From contig CAXXMB010000002.1 in NCBI GenBank assembly GCA_963668675.2, positions 384,001 to 448,000 on the forward strand: DNA of 64,000 bases, given 5' to 3'. How positions within the stretch are numbered: position 1 is the first letter of the stretch; each line of letters opens with the position of its first letter. Shown here piece by piece: positions 61,883 to 64,000 of this stretch. Made by a program: the position numbers and the translations under genes. This DNA is from an uncultured Desulfatitalea sp. (GTDB lineage Bacteria; Desulfobacterota; Desulfobacteria; Desulfobacterales; Desulfosarcinaceae). Below the pieces are notes generated by a model, which saw only the letters and a program-made list of their open reading frames with translations, was not told the DNA's origin and did not search any database.

Positions 61883-62158
61883 ACCAAAATGTCAAATGAG
61901 CCAAATATAGCGCAATTACAATGTCTTGATAATATTACGGTTTTGAAATCTGATTTTGGTTTCGTTTGGAAAAATTTGACCTTGACGGGCACAATTTGGG
62001 CACAGTTTTCAACCTTACAAGCTATTCTTATTTCAATTTAAACCATCCGCTTCACCACCCAATACACAGCGTACCCGACGCCGATGCCAAGGGGCAACAT
62101 GATTCATGGTCGGCACAGGGGCGTTTTTCTAATGGTCTTCGATAAATTTCCGATAGAG

Positions 62159-62377
62159 CCGGTTCTCTATGAAGATTAAGTTGGCCAGCTATAGGGCGTT
62201 CAGACCGAAATTTCCTTTTTTAATGAAAAGGATAATGGGCATGTCGAAAATTTCTGCAATGTCATGCCGGACTTGATCCGGCATCCAGCAAGGATTGGAA
62301 ATACTAGATTCCGGGTCAGACCCGGAATGGCGCTAATTGCTATTTCGAATGTTAGCTTACCCTTCATAGAGAACCGG
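62159..62377. mobile_element. MITE-like element with CCGGTTCTCTATGAAG terminal IRs and an internal GTCAT-type REP
   Basis: Perfect 16-bp IRs; same arms at 17407-17438. Confidence 0.7.
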
Positions 62378-62448
62378 ATTCCTATAAACGCCCTTTTTAG
62401 AAAATTTGATATGGAGCGGTGGTTGGAATTAATTTCAATATATGATAG

Positions 62449-63778
62449 CATTAGTGTCCGGTTAAGGAGGCGCAAAAATCTCATAAGCGACTGTATTAAA
62501 TAAAATTTCATACCATTTATAACGGGCAACCCCTTGATTTTGGATTTTAAGCCAAGTAGAGCCCTTCGCATGACTTAGATGCGAAGGGAGATACTCATGT
62601 ATCAAGGGAGAACCGTTTTTTCACAAGTATTGGACTTTCTACCACGGAAAAGTTTTCGTACTTGTGTCAAGCGATATAGCGGCAATTACAGAATTCGTTC
62701 TTTTACATGCTACGAGCAGTTTCTTTGTATGGCATTTGCGCAACTGACTTATCGTGAAAGTCTTCGCGATACGGTTCTTTGTCTAAGGGCAGTGCACAAC
62801 AAGCTTCATAACATCGGAATTCAGTGTAAGGTTGCCAAGAGTACTCTTGCTGATGCCAATGAAAAACGTGATTGGCGTATATACTGTGACTTCGCTCAGG
62901 TTCTAATAGAACAGGCCCGAAAACTTTATGCCGGCGACGATTTCGGACTCCAGCTTGACGAGACGGTATATGCCCTGGATGCATCCACAATCGATCTATG
63001 CCGATCAGTCTTTCAATGGGCGCGATTTCGGACCACCAAAAGCGGGATAAAAGTTCACACGCTGCTTGACCTCAGGGGCAACATTCCGTCTTTAGTATCC
63101 ATAACCGATGCCAAGGTTCATGATGTCAATGTTTTGGATGAACTGCTACCGGAGCCTGGCTCAATATATGTCATGGATAGAGCCTATCTTGATTTCGAAA
63201 GGCTTTACCGCATGCATCGGGGGTTGGCTTTTTTTATTCTTAGAACAAAAGTCAACACCAAACTCAGGCGATTATACTCTGCGCCTGTGGATAAAAGCAC
63301 CGGCGTAATTTGTGATCAAACCGTACTTCCGGTCGTGTATCAATCTGCCATTGCCTATCCGGAGAAGCTGAGACGGATCAAGTATTTCGACGTTGAAACC
63401 AAAAAGCGCCTGACTTTTTTAACAAATCATTTCGAACTTGAGGCCCGAACCGTAGCCGATTTATACAAGTGCCGCTGGCAAGTTGAACTGTTCTTTAAAT
63501 GGGTCAAACAGCATCTACGGATAAAGAAGTTCTTCGGCATCTCAGAGACCGCGGTAAAAACACAAATCTGGATTGCCATATCCATTTATGTGCTGGTTGC
63601 CATCATGAAAAAGAATTTATCGCTTGACTATAGCCTTTACACAATTTTACAGGTTTGAGTATCTCTCTTTTTGAGAAAACCCATATTTCAAGGCTATTCA
63701 CAGAGAGCGATTACAATAACAAATTTACTACCGGCCATATCCATTTGAATTTATTTGGTTCTTAACCGGACACTAATG
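62449..63778 (+). mobile_element. IS4 family insertion sequence (1330 bp)
   Basis: Perfect 18-bp IRs CATTAGTGTCCGGTTAAG; 9-bp TSD ATATGATAG. Confidence 0.93.
62597..63765 (+). pseudogene. IS4 family transposase (DUF4372 + DDE) with a C-terminal frameshift at ~63655
   Basis: LDASTI, MDRAY, YKCRWQVELFFKW.KQ; ORF stops at 63658 while the expected tail SISLFEKT continues in another frame to TAA at 63765. Confidence 0.8.
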
Positions 63779-64000
63779 ATATGATAGAAAAAATTATTAT
63801 GAGATTTCTCCCTAAATTAAGGGTAATCTCTCAAGAACAAACCTTTTACCCGGGCACAATATTAAGTGATACTTTATAGTTCTTCTTCGAATTTCCTGAC
63901 AGCAAGAGCATTATAATAGAGATTTTTGATAGGCTTGTTTCGGGGTACTTGAAAATCGGCAATAGGGAGAAAGTAATAAAATGCGATTCTTCAATGCATA

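Noticed and set aside
61828..61920. Functional tRNA-Leu gene
   Set aside because: The 5' half (acceptor 5' strand, D arm, 5' anticodon stem) is absent
62200..62571. 123-aa minus-strand ORF
   Set aside because: Spans the IS4 end and a MITE, so likely spurious
1..64000. CRISPR array or rRNA
   Set aside because: No regularly spaced direct repeats, cas genes or rRNA-like sequence seen

Overview
This looks like a chromosomal window from a deltaproteobacterium, probably a Desulfobacterales-like anaerobe (inferred from gene content, selenoproteins and repeat families). Positions 1-38 kb hold mostly metabolic, transport and regulatory genes, interspersed with several REP/MITE repeat families and an IS5 element. 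Positions ~38.6-57.9 kb form a defence/DNA-processing island. It contains an uncharacterised PD-(D/E)XK nuclease + RNase J-like MBL pair, type I Wadjet (jetABCD, jetD frameshifted), a toxin + MqsA-HTH-Panacea antitoxin pair, a vapC remnant, MazG-like + nuclease-helicase (DUF2075) fused to a LexA-type S24 autoprotease module, an IS481 remnant and yhaO-yhaN. Three genes split by the ORF caller are selenoproteins with in-frame UGA plus a SECIS-like hairpin: a secreted MsrA, and a YeeE(Sec)-YeeE/YedE-PrxU(Sec) operon. A shared promoter motif with PafBC-like spacing precedes the SWIM gene and yhaO-yhaN. The 3' half of tRNA-Leu(CAA) at 61.83-61.88 kb marks the att junction of an integrated element that extends to the right and carries an IS4 copy. 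All family calls come from motif recognition only; no database searches were run.
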